64,000 bases of DNA from NCBI GenBank assembly GCA_010356995.1, contig ML996693.1, forward strand, positions 186,001-250,000, in the 5' to 3' direction. Source of the DNA: Trichodelitschia bisporula. Taxonomy: Eukaryota. Positions 61,073 through 64,000 of this stretch are shown here, in pieces (position 1 is the first letter of the stretch; each line of letters begins with the position of its first letter). Under the pieces are notes generated by a model, which was given only the letters and a program-made list of their open reading frames with translations, was not told where the DNA came from and did no database searches. The translations under genes were made by a program, and so were the position numbers.

Positions 61073-64000
61073 CTAAACCCCATTTTCTATACTCTCCTCC
61101 CCCCCTCCCTCTCCCACCCCCTCGCCCATCGAAGCCCCCCTAACAACCCTCAACGCCCTCCTCAACCCCTCCAACCGCGCCTTCTCCCCCACCACAACCC
61201 CCCTAACAAACTCCCTAACCGCCTGCCTCCCCACACGTTCCCTCCCCTCCTGCCACCCCGCCAACTCCCCCGCCACAACCCCCCTACTCCATCTAACCTC
61301 CCTCCCGAGACCCTCCCCCTCCGCCCTCGCCCCCTCCAGTCTCCCCACAGCCTCACGCTGCATCCGCCCCCTCGCCTCCTCCAGCAACCCCCTCGGCCAC
61401 CGTTCCCCGCGCCTAACACTCCCCTCCGCCCTCACAGCCGCAGCCCGCGCCTCCCCGAACCTGCGAATTAAATCCTCAGCCCGGGAGAGCGCACCCAGCA
61501 CGCCCGAGACACCGAATTGCATCCCCTGCACCGCATACGCAAACTGCACCCACGGTCCCCCTTCCCCACTAGCCTGCACCCGCGCCACCGCCCCCACCGC
61601 CCTCCTATATTCCACCGGGACAAAAACCAGCGTATCAGCCACATGTCCCGCCATACCAAGCGCATCCGCCAAATCCGCCTGCGCAGCCGCAACCTGCCTC
61701 GCCGCGCACAACACGCCCCTCGTCGCGGCCAACACAGGCGCCACAGAGTCCCTAGCGTGGCGGATGAACACCTCGACTGGCCGCGCGTCTTCGAGCGGGG
61801 GCGTCTCGTCGCGCACGCGCTCGGCGAGAGCGGCTGCTTTGAGTGCGCTCCGGTGCGAGAGGGCCGCGGGGTGTATGTCTGGGACGAGGACGAATTCCCA
61901 GACGAGTTCGTGGGTGGCGAAGGTCGGGTGCCGCAGTAAGGAGGTTAGGAAGGCGTTGAGGCGCAGGCTGGCGTCGCGCGCGAGACTGCGGCTGGGCCGG
62001 GAGGGGAGGAGGAAGGCGGATTGGGAGGGGAGGGCGTCGCGGGGGAGCCAGGAGGCGGGATGTTCGAGGGCGAGACAGGAGGCTAGATGTTCGAAGTCGG
62101 AGAGCGTGCGCCGGCTCGTGGTGACGGTGATAGACCCATTCGTGCCCGGCGTAGCGGTTTTAACGATGAAGCGCACCTGCCCGTCTTCCACGAAGTAGCT
62201 CCGCACGACCATAGTCGCGGGCACGCCCGGCGGAGGGGCAGGCGCAGAGAGTAGAACAAGGTCATCGATGCGGTTGCGCACGTCATCGTCCTTGGCTAGC
62301 TCGGTGGCGGTGAGGCCGCGCAGATCCTTGGCGTGTAGGTCCACGCGGGGGTCGGCGAAGAGCGCGCGCACCATATCTATGCGCCCATACTTTGACGCGA
62401 CCATGAGGGGCGTGAAGTGCTTGTCGTTCTGCGCATTCACGTCGGAGTCGCACTGCCTTAACAGCTTTCCGGCTAGGCGGGCGTCGGCCACGACGTGTAG
62501 CAACGTATTCCCCTTTCCATCGACATGCTCGTCGAGATGCAGCATCTGCCCATCGGCCTGGATCGCAGCTGCGGAGGACAGCGCGGCGTCGACCATGCTC
62601 CTGTAGTCGGCGTGGTCGTAGGAGCGGCACAGGGCGAAGAGCGGGGTCTGGCCGTTTTTGTCCTTTAGGCGCCAGGGGAGGAGACGGCCTATGCGCGCGA
62701 TTAGGCGCGGGTAGTGGAAGAGGTAGTGCGCTACGCAACGGCCGCTGCAATCCACACGCGCGAGATACTCTTTTACAGCACCCTCGTCTGCCCGCGCGAC
62801 GATGAAGTCAAACAGGAGATCTGGCAAACCCGTGTGTCCGCTCTGCACCGCGGCGCTGAGCAGCGTCGTTCCTTCGTCGTTCTCGTCCTCCAGCACAACG
62901 TGGAGGGGGTAATACACCTCCAGGCTGAGCAGGTACGCCAGACTACCCGCCTGCGCCGCCTCCACCGCCATCATAAGCACGCTCTCACCCGCGAGGCCGC
63001 GCGTGCGGGCCAGTTTCTCGGTACTGTGATCTGCGTCGCGGGCGCTGGACCGCGAAACCACGGTGTCGGAGATAGAGGCGACGGACCAGCCGCTTGAGCT
63101 GGATGTGCTGCGCGTCTGGACCGAGACGCGTTTTTTTATCTTCGGGCGAGGGGGGGAGGGCGCGCGCTCGAAGGGGAAGACGTGCGCGAGGCTGCCGTTA
63201 TGCGCGGACTCGTACGCCAGGGCCGGGATATACCCGTTCGGCCTGCTGCTCTCGCCGTTGAGCGTCGCGCCATCCATAGAATAGTTCGCTGACACACGAT
63301 CGTACTCCGGCCTTGACTGATGTGCGTCGAGCAAGCCATTCGTCTCGTGTACGTCCAGCAGACCGTTGCGCTCCTCCGGTTCGAGCATGCTGCGCATCTC
63401 GGCCACATCCCCGGCCTTCGTAGCCTGCCAAAGAAGTCGATTCCGGCGACTCGACGTGCGCAGGCCGGCGGAGTCATGCAGCAGGTACGAGAGGACGACC
63501 TCAAACGTACTCAGCGCATACCCCATTTCCCCACTCTCCACATCATCCATGAAGATAAAATGCCGCATATACGCCAACCGCGCATGCAAGTGCCTCACCG
63601 GAGCCCTTATGACCACAATAAGCAGCAAACTAACCAGCGTATCCGCATTCATCGTCAACATCGCATTGCGCTTCTCGCTCAGTCCCGCGCCATTCGCCAT
63701 CGGCGCATCGCGCACAGTCGTAAGCTCCGCCTTCGTAATCAGCTTCTCAGTCGCGAGGAGAATCTCCATCATCTCCTGGGGACTGCTCGCCGTGCCGATT
63801 TTCTTGAGCAGCTCGACACCCTTGCTGAGCCGCTGGGATAGCTCCTTGCGCTCGGCCAGCGTGCGGCCCACGGGGATGCCGACTTGCGACACATCGACCT
63901 CGGCCATTTGGCGGACACGGGCTTCGAGCTCGGCGTCGTCGTTGCGGCGGATGGCGCATAGCCGCGGGAAGATGATGTGGTCGTTGACTTGCTCTGCGAC
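61073..64000 (-). CDS. VPS9 (Rab5 GEF) - ankyrin - PX/BAR protein, Vrl1/VARP-like, 5'-partial
   Basis: The frame is open from the window edge. VPS9 motif NADTLVSLLLIVVIR...GEMGYALSTFE, ankyrin repeats (GQTPLFAL, FTPLMVAS), PX motif RRTLSDF...FLTSLLRHPTF and a helical C-terminus. Confidence 0.9.
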   Translation of the reverse strand, partial: VAEQVNDHIIFPRLCAIRRNDDAELEARVRQMAEVDVSQVGIPVGRTLAERKELSQRLSKGVELLKKIGTASSPQEMMEILLATEKLITKAELTTVRDAPMANGAGLSEKRNAMLTMNADTLVSLLLIVVIRAPVRHLHARLAYMRHFIFMDDVESGEMGYALSTFEVVLSYLLHDSAGLRTSSRRNRLLWQATKAGDVAEMRSMLEPEERNGLLDVHETNGLLDAHQSRPEYDRVSANYSMDGATLNGESSRPNGYIPALAYESAHNGSLAHVFPFERAPSPPRPKIKKRVSVQTRSTSSSSGWSVASISDTVVSRSSARDADHSTEKLARTRGLAGESVLMMAVEAAQAGSLAYLLSLEVYYPLHVVLEDENDEGTTLLSAAVQSGHTGLPDLLFDFIVARADEGAVKEYLARVDCSGRCVAHYLFHYPRLIARIGRLLPWRLKDKNGQTPLFALCRSYDHADYRSMVDAALSSAAAIQADGQMLHLDEHVDGKGNTLLHVVADARLAGKLLRQCDSDVNAQNDKHFTPLMVASKYGRIDMVRALFADPRVDLHAKDLRGLTATELAKDDDVRNRIDDLVLLSAPAPPPGVPATMVVRSYFVEDGQVRFIVKTATPGTNGSITVTTSRRTLSDFEHLASCLALEHPASWLPRDALPSQSAFLLPSRPSRSLARDASLRLNAFLTSLLRHPTFATHELVWEFVLVPDIHPAALSHRSALKAAALAERVRDETPPLEDARPVEVFIRHARDSVAPVLAATRGVLCAARQVAAAQADLADALGMAGHVADTLVFVPVEYRRAVGAVARVQASGEGGPWVQFAYAVQGMQFGVSGVLGALSRAEDLIRRFGEARAAAVRAEGSVRRGERWPRGLLEEARGRMQREAVGRLEGARAEGEGLGREVRWSRGVVAGELAGWQEGRERVGRQAVREFVRGVVVGEKARLEGLRRALRVVRGASMGEGVGEGGGEESIENGV

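Overview
This is eukaryotic, GC-rich, gene-dense DNA from a filamentous ascomycete (Dothideomycete-like, by inference). Introns are short GT-AG introns, mostly 43-57 nt, with CTRAC/CTRAT branch points. I could reconstruct about 27 protein-coding genes by hand. Most are housekeeping: GDE1, a phenol 2-monooxygenase-like gene, SAH1, a PBR1-like SDR, a G-patch protein, TMEM19, TMA46, OST4, RPL26, TSC10, an Rpp21/Snm1-family gene, DBR1, an HRI-like kinase, SFH1 and a Vrl1-like VPS9-ANK-PX gene. Secreted or cell-wall genes include GH79, a pectinesterase, a PIR protein and a carboxylesterase. No rRNA, tRNA, CRISPR array or intact transposon was recognised. The best leads are: (1) an intronless ~790-aa protein ending in a bacterial HicA-toxin-like domain; (2) a secreted protein with a PHM-type copper monooxygenase ligand pattern; (3) an intronless, bacterial MmuM-like homocysteine S-methyltransferase with altered conserved residues; (4) a spliced small gene absent from the ORF track, with RAGY repeats and a Cys-rich hydrophobic tail; (5) a window-wide C-rich to G-rich switch inside genes. 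All family assignments come from motif recognition, not database searches.
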